Assembly (NCBI RefSeq): GCF_056712565.1
Contig: NZ_CM160072.1
Strand: one strand, 5' to 3'
Length of the DNA stretch: 64,000 nt
The notes under the pieces are model-generated. The model was not told where the DNA came from. It worked only from the letters and a program-made list of their open reading frames with translations, and searched no databases. Of this stretch, positions 1-10,475 are shown piece after piece. How positions within the stretch are numbered: the first letter of the stretch is position 1; each line of letters begins with the position of its first letter. Position numbers and translations under genes: made by a program.

Positions 1-978
1 AACCGGGGCTTTGAAGCGGACCAGCTTGATCTGGAGCTGGACGACGCTGACGGAAAAATCGTGCTGCCGCGCCGTGGTGCGGTCATTACGCTGGCGCTGG
101 GCTGGAAGGGGCAGCCGCTTTTCCCGAAAGGGGCATTCACGGTGGACGAGATTGAACACACTGGCGCACCGGACCGCCTGACTATCCGGGCGCGAAGTGC
201 TGATTTTCGGGAAACCCTGAATACCCGCCGTGAAAAATCGTGGCATAACACCACCATCGGGGAAGTGGTTAAGGAAATAGCCGCGCGTCACAAGCTGAAG
301 ATGGCACTGGGTAAAGACCTGTCGGATAAGCCCGTGGAGCATATAGACCAGACTAATGAGAGTGACGGCAGTTTTCTGATGCGGCTGGCGCGACAGTACG
401 GTGCCATCGCGTCGGTGAAAAATGGCAATCTGTTATTCATCCGGCAGGGGCAGGGCAAAAGCGCCACTGGTAAACCACTGCCAGTGATCACTATCACACG
501 CAAGGACGGCGACAGTCACCGCTTTACCCTGGCAGATCGCGGAGCCTACACGGGCGTCATTGCCAGCTGGTTGCATACCCGCGAACCTGCGAAGAAAGAA
601 AGCACCACGGTGAAGCGTAAGCGCAGAACTAAGAAGCAGAAGAAAGAGCCGGAAGTGAAGCAGGGTGATTACCTGGTGGGTACGGATGAAAACGTGCTGG
701 TACTCAATCGCACCTATGCCAATCGGAGTAACGCCGAACGGGCAGCGAAAATGCAGTGGGAACGCCTGCAACGTGGCGTTGCGTCATTCTCGCTACAACT
801 GGCGGAAGGGCGGGCAGATCTCTACACGGAAATGCCTGTGAAGGTCAGTGGTTTTAAACAGCCGATAGATGATGCGGAATGGACCATTACGACTCTGACA
901 CATACCGTCAGCCCGGATAACGGTTTTACGACCAGTCTGGAGCTTGAAGTGAGGATTGATGATTTCGAAATGGAATGA
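1..978 (+). CDS. Phage late control/tail protein D (gpD family), 5'-partial
   Basis: Reading frame is open from base 1 with no upstream stop; the 305 aa shown end ...LELEVRIDDFEME and resemble the P2 D protein family. Confidence 0.8.
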   Translation, partial: NRGFEADQLDLELDDADGKIVLPRRGAVITLALGWKGQPLFPKGAFTVDEIEHTGAPDRLTIRARSADFRETLNTRREKSWHNTTIGEVVKEIAARHKLKMALGKDLSDKPVEHIDQTNESDGSFLMRLARQYGAIASVKNGNLLFIRQGQGKSATGKPLPVITITRKDGDSHRFTLADRGAYTGVIASWLHTREPAKKESTTVKRKRRTKKQKKEPEVKQGDYLVGTDENVLVLNRTYANRSNAERAAKMQWERLQRGVASFSLQLAEGRADLYTEMPVKVSGFKQPIDDAEWTITTLTHTVSPDNGFTTSLELEVRIDDFEME

Positions 979-1068
979 TTCTTCGCAATGGAGAACTTTT
1001 AAGTTTGCAAAATGGAATAATACGGTATCATTGTTGTGAATTTAGCAAAAATGGGGAGAACTCGAAAA

Positions 1069-1287
1069 ATGATGATTTGCCCACTGTGTGGAAGTGCCGC
1101 CCATACTCGCAGCAGTTTTCAGGTATCTTCATTGACCAAAGAGCGTTATAACCAGTGCCAGAACATTAACTGCAGCCATACTTTTGTTACCCATGAAACT
1201 TTTGTTCGTTCGATTGCAACACCAAAAGAGTCTAATCCAGTTCAGCCGCATCCAATGAAATCAGGACAGGTGGCGCTCTCTCTTTGA
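1069..1287 (+). CDS. ogr: Ogr-like phage late-gene transcription activator (zinc finger)
   Basis: MMICPLCGSAAHTRSS...CQNINCSH carries the C-X2-C...C-X4-C motif and resembles P2 Ogr; start chosen at the internal ATG by homology rather than the upstream GTG at 1036. Confidence 0.8.
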   Translation: MMICPLCGSAAHTRSSFQVSSLTKERYNQCQNINCSHTFVTHETFVRSIATPKESNPVQPHPMKSGQVALSL

Positions 1288-1367
1288 CGCTGCCGCCATT
1301 TTGTCGCCATCGTTAAAAAACAGTGCTTCTAACATCATGATTTTAAACATCTTAAATTTCAGGCAAC

Positions 1368-1446
1368 AAAAAACCCATCAACCTTGAACCGAAATGGCGG
1401 GGTTGATGGGCTCCACAAAATGGGGACATCAAAGAAAAGCAGTGGC
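1368..1446 (-). ncRNA. rybB: RybB small RNA (sigma-E dependent)
   Basis: Reverse complement reads GCCACTGCTTTTCTTTGATGTCCCCATTTTGTGGAGCCCATCAACCCCGCCATTTCGGTTCAAGGTTGATGGGTTTTTT, matching RybB as recalled, with a terminal hairpin and U-run. Confidence 0.85.
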
Positions 1447-1452
1447 ACTAAT

Positions 1453-1489
1453 TAAGACTGATGCCCTGCGGAAAAGTTCTGCGGTTGTG
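1453..1489 (-). promoter_or_regulatory. Putative sigma-E promoter of rybB
   Basis: On the minus strand GAACTT (-35 like) and GTCTTA (-10 like) lie just upstream of the RybB 5' end. Confidence 0.5.
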
Positions 1490-1522
1490 CAAAAAAATTT
1501 CATTTTCAGGGCAACTTCAGTT

Positions 1523-3208
1523 TTATCCTAATCCTGGCCATACCATGACGATGATTGTCCCTGCCAGCGTCAGCAGGACGTTGGCGATTGCATAGGTGCC
1601 CGCATAGCCCAGCGCCGGGATGTTACTGCGAGCTGTATCACTGATGATCTCCATTGCCGGCGCGCAGGTGCGTGCGCCCATCATTGCGCCGAACAACAGT
1701 GCGCGGTTCATTCGCAATACATAAGCACCGAACAAGAAACAGATAACCACTGGCACAAGACTGACAATCAATCCGGCAATCAACATCTGACCGCCAATCG
1801 CGCCTAGGCCGTTATTAATACCGCTACCGGCGCTCAGACCAACGCCTGCCATAAACACCATTAAGCCGAACTCTTTCACCATGCTTAATGCACCCTGCGG
1901 AATGTAACCGAAGGTCGGGTGGTTAGCGCGCATAAATCCCAGCATAATTCCGGCGAATAACAACCCGGCAGCGTTCCCCATGCCGAAACTGAATGTGCTG
2001 AACTGGAAGGTGATCATCCCGATCATCAGCCCAATAACAAAGAAGGCGCAGAATGCCAGCAAGTCAGTGACCTGGCTGTGAATCGAGATAAAGCCGATGC
2101 GATCGGCGATGGTTTTTACGCGACGGGCATCGCCGCTGACTTGTAAAACGTCACCTTTGTTAAGCACGACGTTGTCATCTATCGGCATCTCAATCTGGCT
2201 ACGAATGACGCGGTTAAGGAAGCAACCGTGATCGGTCAACTTCAGTTGTGCGAGACGTTTGCCCACGGCGTTATGGTTTTTAACGACCACTTCTTCAGTG
2301 ACGATACGCATGTCGAGAAGGTCACGATCGAAAACTTCTTTGCCGTTACGGAAGCTGGGATCGAGTCGTGCGTGGGCGTCGGGATAGCCTACCAACGCTA
2401 TTTCATCGCCCATTTGTAGCACAGCATCACCGTCTGGATTCGCCAGAATCCCGTTACGTCGAATACGTTCAATGTAGCAGCCAGTTTGTCGATAAATACC
2501 CAGTTCACGCAGATTTTTGCCGTCGGTCCAGGCCACCAGCTCCGGGCCGACGCGGTAGGCGCGGATCACCGGTAAATAAACCTTACGGTTGGCATCAGTG
2601 TCCAGGCCACGTTCGCGGGCGATTTGCTGGGCGCTGGTCTGTAAGTCCTGATGCTGCAATTTCGGCAAGTAACGCGCACCAACAATCAAACTCACCAGAC
2701 CGATTAAATAGGTTAAGGCATACCCGAGGCTCAGATTATCCAGTGCCAGTGAGAGCTGCCTGCTTTCCATGCCGGAATGACGCAGTGTATCGCCAGCACC
2801 GACCAGAACCGGTGTCGACGTCATAGAGCCAGCTAACATACCGGCCGTCAGGCCAATATCCCAGCCAAACAGCTTACCTAACCCTAAGGCGATCACCAGC
2901 GCACTGCCAACCATCACCAGTGCTAACATTAGGTAATTTTTCCCATCGCGAAAAAAAATGGAAAAAAAGTTCGGTCCGGCTTCGACCCCGACGCAGAAAA
3001 TAAACAGCATAAAGCCAAGATTAAGCGCGTCGGTGTTAATGCTGAAATGTTGTTGGCCTAATAACAGCGATACGACTAAAACGCCAATGGAATTACCCAG
3101 TTGGATCGAACCAAGTCGTAATTTCCCGAGACATAGCCCAAGCGCGAGGACCACAAATAATAACAGAATGTAATTCCCATTTAACAATTCGGCGACGTTT
3201 ATATTCAC
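1523..3208 (-). CDS. ybjL: Putative AAE-family transporter YbjL
   Basis: 561 aa ORF with TM-rich ends and central TrkA-C-like domains; matches YbjL. Confidence 0.95.
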
Positions 3209-3477
3209 GGAGGCTAACTTCTTGTTTACTAGTAAGCTGTTGAAAGAAATGGTAATTTACGATAATGTTTTTTACCAGAATTCAGGGCGCAGATTCATTC
3301 AGCGCACCTAAAAGATAGTAAAGTAACAATATATTTTACTAGTGTAATCACATTAGGTATCAACGGCTATATGAATTGCGTTGGCCTATATTAGCATGGA
3401 ATGCGAAGCGGCTTTATCTTACTGAACGCCACACTGGCGAAAAATGTGTTCGATAGACGCAGTGTCAGGAGGAACGA

Positions 3478-3855
3478 GTGAAACATAAACAACGTTGGGC
3501 GGGGGCAATCTGCTGTTTTGTCCTCTTCATTGTGGTGTGTCTTTTTCTGGCGACGCACATGAAAGGCGCTTTTCGGGCTGCCGGGCATCCTGAAATCGGT
3601 TTGCTATTTTTCATTCTTCCTGGTGCAGTTGCCAGCTTCTTTTCACATCGTAGAGAAGTCCTGAAACCTCTGTTTGGCGCAATGCTGGCGGCACCCTGTT
3701 CGATGCTCATTATGCGGCTGTTTTTTTCACCGACGCGCTCATTCTGGCAAGAGCTGGCATGGTTATTAAGTGCGGTGTTCTGGTGTGCGCTGGGGGCATT
3801 GTGTTTCTTATTTATCAGTAGTTTGTTTAAACCACAGCACAGAAAAAATCAATAA
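3478..3855 (+). CDS. ybjM: Inner membrane protein YbjM
   Basis: 125 aa hydrophobic ORF in the conserved position between ybjL and grxA. Confidence 0.85.
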   Translation: MKHKQRWAGAICCFVLFIVVCLFLATHMKGAFRAAGHPEIGLLFFILPGAVASFFSHRREVLKPLFGAMLAAPCSMLIMRLFFSPTRSFWQELAWLLSAVFWCALGALCFLFISSLFKPQHRKNQ

Positions 3856-3884
3856 AGCCCTCAACGCGAGGGCTTGTCAGACGA

Positions 3885-4142
3885 TCAGGCGTCCAGATTC
3901 TCTTTCGCCCATGCAGCAAAATCGGTATAGCCGCCGATATGTTGCTGATCGACAAAAATCTGCGGCACGGTTTCTACGGGTTTACCTGCCTTTTGTTGTA
4001 GATCTTCTTTAGTGATCCCTTCCGCACGAATATCTACATACTGATACTGGAAATCATCGCGTTCATTGCTCAATTTCTCAGCCAGATCTTTTGCACGCAC
4101 ACAGTAAGGGCAACCCGGACGACCAAAAATAACGGTTTGCAT
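3885..4142 (-). CDS. grxA: Glutaredoxin 1
   Basis: MQTVIFGRPGCPYCVRAK... with the CPYC active site; GAGGAG ribosome-binding site upstream of the internal ATG. Confidence 0.95.
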   Translation of the reverse strand: MQTVIFGRPGCPYCVRAKDLAEKLSNERDDFQYQYVDIRAEGITKEDLQQKAGKPVETVPQIFVDQQHIGGYTDFAAWAKENLDA

Positions 4143-4301
4143 TATTTCTCTCCTCATAGATTTATGCCTGTAATGATCACGCTAAAATGTATTCGCTGAA
4201 AGTAGGTTTAACCTGTTGCATTAATTGATAAAAGCTATAACTGTTAAACACAATACAGTGAAAAGTTTTAGACTGAAGGCTCACTTTGCAGAGGGAAGCG
4301 T

Positions 4302-4589
4302 ATGCGCGCGATCGGTAAATTGCCTAAAAGCGTGTTGATACTGGAATTTATCGGAATGATGTTGCTGGCGGTGGCGCTGCTGTCGGTAAGCGACTCCCTG
4401 TCGCTACCTGAGCCATTTTCTCGGCCAGAAGTGCAGATTCTGATGATTTTTCTCGGTGTTTTGCTCATGCTTCCCGCTGCGGTGGTGGTTATTCTTCAGG
4501 TGGCAAAACGTCTTGCCCCACAGCTGATGAACCATCCACCGCAATATTCACGTTCAGAAAGAGAAAAAGATAATGACGCCAACCATTGA
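4302..4589 (+). CDS. ybjC: Small membrane protein YbjC
   Basis: 95 aa ORF directly upstream of and overlapping nfsA. Confidence 0.8.
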   Translation: MRAIGKLPKSVLILEFIGMMLLAVALLSVSDSLSLPEPFSRPEVQILMIFLGVLLMLPAAVVVILQVAKRLAPQLMNHPPQYSRSEREKDNDANH

Positions 4590-5295
4590 ACTTATTTGTG
4601 GCCATCGCTCCATTCGCCATTTCACTGATGAACCCATTTCCGAAGCGCAGCGTGAGGCGATTATTAACAGCGCCCGTGCGACGTCCAGTTCCAGTTTTTT
4701 GCAGTGCAGTAGCATTATTCGCATTACCGACAAAGCGTTACGTGAAGAACTGGTGACGCTGACCGGCGGGCAAAAACACGTAGCGCAAGCGGCGGAGTTT
4801 TGGGTGTTCTGTGCCGACTTTAACCGCCATTTACAGATCTGTCCGGATGCTCAGCTCGGCCTGGCGGAACAACTGTTGCTCGGTGTCGTTGATACGGCAA
4901 TGATGGCACAGAATGCATTAACCGCAGCGGAATCGCTGGGATTGGGCGGGGTATATATCGGCGGCCTGCGCAATAATATTGAAGCGGTGACGGAACTGCT
5001 GAAATTACCGCAGCATGTTCTGCCGCTGTTTGGGCTGTGCCTTGGCTGGCCTGCGGATAATCCGGATCTTAAGCCGCGTTTACCGGCCTCCATTTTGGTG
5101 CATGAAAACAGCTATCAACCGCTGGATAAAGACGCACTGGCGCAGTATGACGAGCAACTGGCGGAATATTACCTCACCCGTGGCAGCAATAATCGCCGGG
5201 ATACCTGGAGCGATCATATCCGCCGAACAATCATTAAAGAAAGCCGCCCATTTATTCTGGATTATTTGCACAAACAGGGTTGGGCGACGCGCTAA
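4573..5295 (+). CDS. nfsA: Oxygen-insensitive NADPH nitroreductase NfsA
   Basis: 240 aa, MTPTIELICGHRSIRHFTDEPISEAQREAII... Confidence 0.95.
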   Translation: MTPTIELICGHRSIRHFTDEPISEAQREAIINSARATSSSSFLQCSSIIRITDKALREELVTLTGGQKHVAQAAEFWVFCADFNRHLQICPDAQLGLAEQLLLGVVDTAMMAQNALTAAESLGLGGVYIGGLRNNIEAVTELLKLPQHVLPLFGLCLGWPADNPDLKPRLPASILVHENSYQPLDKDALAQYDEQLAEYYLTRGSNNRRDTWSDHIRRTIIKESRPFILDYLHKQGWATR

Positions 5296-5355
5296 AACTG
5301 CCACGTCGATGTATGATACGCGGGCTTTTGACCAGGTCTGACAGAGAGGTGCAGA

Positions 5356-6258
5356 GTGAAAATTGCCATATTGTCCCGGGATGGAACGCTCTATTCGTGT
5401 AAGCGGCTGCGTGAAGCCGCTATACAGCGCGGTCACCTGGTTGAAATTCTTGATCCGCTTTCTTGCTACATGAACATAAATCCTGCGGCGTCTTCTATTC
5501 ACTACAAAGGCCGCAAGTTACCCCATTTTGACGCAGTGATCCCGCGTATTGGCACCGCCATTACCTTTTATGGGACGGCGGCACTGCGCCAGTTCGAGAT
5601 GCTGGGGAGCTATCCGCTCAATGAGTCGGTCGCCATTGCCCGGGCGCGTGACAAATTGCGTTCCATGCAACTGCTGGCGCGTCAGGGCATCGACCTGCCT
5701 GTCACGGGCATTGCGCATTCGCCGGATGATACCAGCGATTTAATCGACATGGTCGGTGGTGCGCCGCTGGTGGTCAAGCTGGTTGAAGGCACGCAGGGAA
5801 TTGGTGTCGTGCTGGCGGAGACGCGTCAGGCGGCCGAAAGCGTGATTGACGCTTTCCGCGGTCTGAACGCGCATATTCTGGTGCAGGAATATATCAAAGA
5901 GGCGCAAGGGTGCGATATCCGCTGTCTGGTTGTTGGCGATGAAGTAGTCGCTGCGATTGAACGGCGAGCGAAAGAGGGCGATTTTCGTTCCAATTTGCAT
6001 CGTGGCGGCGCGGCAAGCGTCGCCAGTATCACACCACAGGAGCGTGAAATCGCGATAAAAGCCGCGCGAACGATGGCGCTGGACGTTGCTGGTGTGGATA
6101 TTCTGCGTGCTAATCGCGGGCCGTTGGTGATGGAAGTGAATGCGTCGCCAGGGCTGGAAGGAATAGAAAAAACCACCGGTATCGACATCGCGGGTAAAAT
6201 GATCCGCTGGATCGAACGCCACGCTACGACAGAATATTGCCTGAAAACGGGTGGTTAG
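5356..6258 (+). CDS. rimK: Ribosomal protein S6 glutamate ligase RimK
   Basis: 300 aa ATP-grasp protein, GTG start. Confidence 0.95.
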   Translation: MKIAILSRDGTLYSCKRLREAAIQRGHLVEILDPLSCYMNINPAASSIHYKGRKLPHFDAVIPRIGTAITFYGTAALRQFEMLGSYPLNESVAIARARDKLRSMQLLARQGIDLPVTGIAHSPDDTSDLIDMVGGAPLVVKLVEGTQGIGVVLAETRQAAESVIDAFRGLNAHILVQEYIKEAQGCDIRCLVVGDEVVAAIERRAKEGDFRSNLHRGGAASVASITPQEREIAIKAARTMALDVAGVDILRANRGPLVMEVNASPGLEGIEKTTGIDIAGKMIRWIERHATTEYCLKTGG

Positions 6259-6345
6259 TCGCAATCACATTACTGATCATGGTTTTGCCTGCGCTTTTTG
6301 CGTAAGCTGTGCCGGTCTTTTTATCGGAAGAGGTTGTACAAAATT

Positions 6346-6822
6346 ATGACATCGCTGGTCGTTCCTGGTCTGGATACGTTGCGTCAATGGCTCGATGACC
6401 TGGGGATGAGTTTTTTTGAATGTGATAACTGTCAGGCTCTGCATCTGCCCCATATGCAGAATTTCGACGGTGTCTTTGATGCTAAAATCGATCTGATCGA
6501 TAACACGATCCTGTTTTCTGCCATGGCGGAAGTCCGACCTTCAGCCGTATTGCCGCTGGCGGCGGATTTATCAGCCATCAATGCCAGTTCGCTGACCGTG
6601 AAAGCATTTCTTGATATGCAGGATGATAATCTGCCAAAGCTGGTGGTTTGCCAGTCTTTATCCGTTATGCAGGGCGTAACCTATGAGCAGTTTGCATGGT
6701 TCGTGCGTCAGAGCGAAGAGCAGATTTCGATGGTCATTCTTGAAGCTAATGCCCATCAACTGCTGTTACCGACTGACGATGAAGGGCAAAATAACGTTAC
6801 CGAAAACTATTTCCTCCACTGA
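6346..6822 (+). CDS. ybjN: YbjN family protein
   Basis: Start trimmed to MTSLVVPGLDTLRQW...; 158 aa. Confidence 0.9.
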   Translation: MTSLVVPGLDTLRQWLDDLGMSFFECDNCQALHLPHMQNFDGVFDAKIDLIDNTILFSAMAEVRPSAVLPLAADLSAINASSLTVKAFLDMQDDNLPKLVVCQSLSVMQGVTYEQFAWFVRQSEEQISMVILEANAHQLLLPTDDEGQNNVTENYFLH

Positions 6823-7171
6823 TAACTCCTTTCGAGCACGCAGTCGCTGCCGCAGTGACTGCGTGCCGCAAAATTATCCGCTGTTTTTAACCTTTTATTA
6901 AAGATTAATTCACTTCTCTTGTGCCGATTTGGCTTTATCACATAGAGCAAATACGCATAAAAATTTGTTAAATACCGTTTTTTAATCCGAGCTATAGTCT
7001 CAAACCCTGGCTAAAGTTATTCTTGCGATGCTTTTATATAGTGAGCAGTGCAGGCCGGGAGAGAGTTCTCTTTTCTTACACCGCGCCGATAAAAATATGC
7101 ACGTTTATTGCATATCTTTCAGTGTGACAACTTTTGTTCGTTTGTTAACGAATTTTCAGAAGGAAAGAGAT

Positions 7172-8284
7172 ATGACCGCCTTAAATAAAAAATGGCTATC
7201 GGGTCTGGTTGCGGGGGCTCTGATGGCCGTCTCTGTCAGCACGCTCGCGGCTGAACAAAAAACACTCCACATTTATAACTGGTCTGATTATATCGCCCCG
7301 GACACGGTGGCCAACTTTGAAAAAGAAACCGGTATTAAAGTCGTCTACGATGTTTTCGATTCTAACGAAGTACTGGAAGGCAAATTAATGGCGGGGAGCA
7401 CCGGCTTTGATCTGGTGGTGCCGTCAGCAAGCTTTCTTGAGCGCCAGCTGACAGCGGGAGTTTTCCAGCCGCTGGATAAAAGCAAATTGCCGGAGTGGAA
7501 GAATCTCGATCCGGAGCTGCTGAAGTTGGTCGCCAAACACGATCCCGACAATAAATTTGCTATGCCCTATATGTGGGCGACGACCGGGATTGGCTATAAC
7601 GTCGATAAAGTTAAAGCGGTGCTGGGCGAAAACGCGCCCGTCGATAGCTGGGACTTGATCCTCAAACCTGAAAATCTGGAAAAACTGAAAAGCTGCGGTG
7701 TCTCTTTCCTCGATGCGCCAGAAGAAGTGTTTGCTACCGTGCTGAATTATCTCGGCAAAGATCCTAACAGCACTAAAGCGGATGATTACACCGGACCGGC
7801 TACCGATCTGCTGTTAAAGCTGCGCCCGAACATTCGTTATTTCCATTCATCCCAATACATCAATGATCTGGCGAATGGTGACATCTGTGTCGCTATTGGC
7901 TGGGCGGGCGATGTCTGGCAGGCGTCAAACCGCGCGAAGGAAGCGAAGAATGGCGTGAATGTCTCGTTCTCGATTCCAAAAGAAGGGGCGATGGCGTTCT
8001 TTGATGTATTCGCCATGCCTGCGGATGCCAAAAACAAAGACGAAGCCTATCAGTTCCTGAATTACCTGCTGCGTCCTGATGTGGTGGCACATATCTCTGA
8101 CCATGTGTTCTATGCTAACGCCAATAAAGCAGCCACGCCGCTGGTGAGTGCGGAAGTCCGTGATAACCCGGGTATTTATCCGCCTGCGGATGTTCGTGCG
8201 AAGCTGTTCACTCTGAAAGTGCAGGACCCGAAAATCGACCGTGTGCGCACCCGCGCGTGGACCAAAGTGAAGAGCGGAAAATAA
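7172..8284 (+). CDS. potF: Putrescine ABC transporter periplasmic binding protein
   Basis: MTALNKKWLSGLVAGALMAVSVSTLAAEQ... signal peptide; 370 aa; AGGAAAGAG ribosome-binding site. Confidence 0.95.
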   Translation: MTALNKKWLSGLVAGALMAVSVSTLAAEQKTLHIYNWSDYIAPDTVANFEKETGIKVVYDVFDSNEVLEGKLMAGSTGFDLVVPSASFLERQLTAGVFQPLDKSKLPEWKNLDPELLKLVAKHDPDNKFAMPYMWATTGIGYNVDKVKAVLGENAPVDSWDLILKPENLEKLKSCGVSFLDAPEEVFATVLNYLGKDPNSTKADDYTGPATDLLLKLRPNIRYFHSSQYINDLANGDICVAIGWAGDVWQASNRAKEAKNGVNVSFSIPKEGAMAFFDVFAMPADAKNKDEAYQFLNYLLRPDVVAHISDHVFYANANKAATPLVSAEVRDNPGIYPPADVRAKLFTLKVQDPKIDRVRTRAWTKVKSGK

Positions 8285-8378
8285 TCCGCAGCCGTAGATG
8301 CCGGACGGGCGCACCACACCCGCCGGCAATTCGCACCATCATGGTGCGCTTGCACACATTCAATGCCGGAGAGCAGCC

Positions 8379-9512
8379 GTGAATGACGCTATCCCTCGCC
8401 CGCAGGCGAAAACCCGTAAGGCGCTGACGCCGCTATTAGAAATCCGTAACCTGACCAAATCCTACGATGGTCAACATGCGGTGGATGATGTCAGCCTGAC
8501 CATCTACAAAGGTGAAATCTTCGCGCTGCTGGGCGCATCCGGCTGTGGCAAGTCCACGCTGCTGCGTATGCTGGCAGGTTTTGAACAACCTTCTGCCGGG
8601 CAGATTATGCTCGATGGCGTCGATTTGTCACAGGTGCCGCCTTACCTGCGCCCCATCAATATGATGTTTCAGTCTTACGCGCTGTTTCCGCATATGACCG
8701 TGGAACAGAACATCGCTTTTGGCCTGAAACAGGACAAACTACCGAAAGCGGAAATTGCCAGCCGGGTCAATGAGATGCTTGGGCTGGTGCATATGCAGGA
8801 GTTCGCCAAACGCAAACCGCATCAGCTTTCCGGTGGTCAGCGTCAGCGTGTGGCCCTGGCCAGAAGCCTTGCCAAGCGCCCGAAACTATTACTGCTCGAT
8901 GAGCCGATGGGCGCGCTGGATAAAAAGCTGCGTGACCGGATGCAGCTTGAAGTGGTGGATATTCTGGAGCGTGTCGGTGTGACTTGTGTGATGGTCACCC
9001 ACGATCAGGAAGAGGCGATGACCATGGCGGGGCGTATCGCCATTATGAATCGTGGGAAATTTGTCCAGATTGGCGAACCGGAAGAGATCTACGAGCATCC
9101 GACCACCCGCTATAGCGCTGAATTTATCGGTTCGGTTAATGTCTTTGAAGGTGTACTCAAAGAGCGTCAGGAAGATGGTCTGGTGCTTTATTCGCCGGGA
9201 CTGGTGCACCCACTGAAAGTCGATGCAGATGCTTCAGTGGTTGATAACGTGCCGGTACACGTAGCGCTGCGTCCGGAAAAAATCATGCTTTGCGAAGAGC
9301 CGCCCGCCAATGGTTGTAACTTCGCGGTGGGGGAGGTGATACACATTGCCTATCTCGGCGATCTTTCGGTGTATCACGTTCGTCTGAAAAGTGGGCAGAT
9401 GATCAGCGCCCAGCTACAAAACGCCCATCGTCATCGTAAAGGGTTACCGACCTGGGGCGACGAAGTACGTTTGTGCTGGGAAGTGGACAGCTGTGTGGTG
9501 CTGACGGTTTAA
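8379..9512 (+). CDS. potG: Putrescine ABC transporter ATPase
   Basis: GTG start giving 377 aa; Walker A GASGCGKST, ABC signature LSGGQRQR. Confidence 0.9.
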   Translation: MNDAIPRPQAKTRKALTPLLEIRNLTKSYDGQHAVDDVSLTIYKGEIFALLGASGCGKSTLLRMLAGFEQPSAGQIMLDGVDLSQVPPYLRPINMMFQSYALFPHMTVEQNIAFGLKQDKLPKAEIASRVNEMLGLVHMQEFAKRKPHQLSGGQRQRVALARSLAKRPKLLLLDEPMGALDKKLRDRMQLEVVDILERVGVTCVMVTHDQEEAMTMAGRIAIMNRGKFVQIGEPEEIYEHPTTRYSAEFIGSVNVFEGVLKERQEDGLVLYSPGLVHPLKVDADASVVDNVPVHVALRPEKIMLCEEPPANGCNFAVGEVIHIAYLGDLSVYHVRLKSGQMISAQLQNAHRHRKGLPTWGDEVRLCWEVDSCVVLTV

Positions 9513-9521
9513 GGAGCAAAG

Positions 9522-10475
9522 ATGAGTACACTTGAACCTGCTGCCCAGTCGAAACCGCCGGGCGGATTTAAGCTGTGGTTGTCGCAGCTGCAAATGAAGC
9601 ATGGGCGCAAACTGGTCATTGCGTTGCCATATATCTGGTTGATCTTGCTGTTTCTGCTGCCATTTCTGATCGTCTTTAAAATAAGCCTGGCGGAGATGGC
9701 GCGCGCTATTCCACCTTATACCGAATTGATGGAGTGGGCTGACGGGCAACTTTCTATCACTCTTAATCTCGGTAATTTTCTGCAACTGACCGACGATCCG
9801 CTCTATTTTGATGCTTATCTCCAGTCGTTACAGGTGGCGGCGATTTCGACTATTTGCTGTTTACTGATCGGCTATCCGCTGGCGTGGGCGGTGGCGCACA
9901 GTAAGCCTTCGACCCGTAATATCTTATTACTACTGGTGATCCTGCCGTCGTGGACCTCGTTTCTGATTCGTGTCTACGCCTGGATGGGAATATTAAAAAA
10001 CAACGGTGTGCTGAATAATTTTCTGCTGTGGCTGGGGGTTATCGATCAACCGCTGACCATTCTGCATACCAACTTTGCGGTTTATATTGGCATTGTTTAC
10101 GCCTACGTGCCGTTTATGGTGCTGCCGATTTACACCGCGTTGATTCGTATTGATTATTCGCTGGTAGAAGCGGCACTGGATCTCGGTGCACGACCGCTGA
10201 AAACGTTCTTTACCGTGATCATGCCACTCACCAAAGGGGGGATTATTGCCGGATCGATGCTGGTGTTTATCCCTGCTGTGGGCGAGTTTGTGATCCCGGA
10301 ACTGCTCGGTGGCCCGGACAGCATCATGATCGGGCGCGTGCTGTGGCAGGAGTTCTTTAACAACCGCGACTGGCCGGTAGCCTCGGCGGTAGCGATCATC
10401 ATGTTGCTGCTGCTAATTGTGCCGATAATGTGGTTTCACAAACACCAGCAAAAAAGCGTGGGAGAACACGGATGA
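9522..10475 (+). CDS. potH: Putrescine ABC transporter permease
   Basis: 317 aa polytopic permease. Confidence 0.95.
   Translation: MSTLEPAAQSKPPGGFKLWLSQLQMKHGRKLVIALPYIWLILLFLLPFLIVFKISLAEMARAIPPYTELMEWADGQLSITLNLGNFLQLTDDPLYFDAYLQSLQVAAISTICCLLIGYPLAWAVAHSKPSTRNILLLLVILPSWTSFLIRVYAWMGILKNNGVLNNFLLWLGVIDQPLTILHTNFAVYIGIVYAYVPFMVLPIYTALIRIDYSLVEAALDLGARPLKTFFTVIMPLTKGGIIAGSMLVFIPAVGEFVIPELLGGPDSIMIGRVLWQEFFNNRDWPVASAVAIIMLLLLIVPIMWFHKHQQKSVGEHG

Larger units (their letters stand above)
1..1367 (+). mobile_element. Right end of a P2-like prophage (gene D, ogr, presumed attR); the prophage body lies upstream of the window
   Basis: A gpD-family tail ORF open at the window start is followed by an Ogr-type zinc-finger gene, the order found at the right arm of P2-family genomes next to att. 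Chromosomal rybB and ybjL follow immediately. Confidence 0.7.

Noticed and set aside
1288-1367. P2 locI-type att core (AAAAAATAAGCCCGTGTAAGGGAGATT, as recalled) at the prophage junction
   Set aside because: That core sequence is not present here; the att core cannot be defined without the other prophage end.
2228-2826. ORFs 2228-2419 and 2368-2826 antisense to ybjL, and similar embedded or antisense ORFs throughout
   Set aside because: They lie fully within well-supported genes on the opposite strand or in another frame; typical six-frame noise in GC-rich coding sequence.
7028-8284. N-terminally extended ORF versions (potF from 7028, potG from 8298, trxB to 54565, lrp from 54935, artP to 16986 and others)
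   Set aside because: Internal starts with ribosome-binding sites give the lengths and N-termini expected for these conserved proteins; the extensions read through promoter and intergenic sequence.
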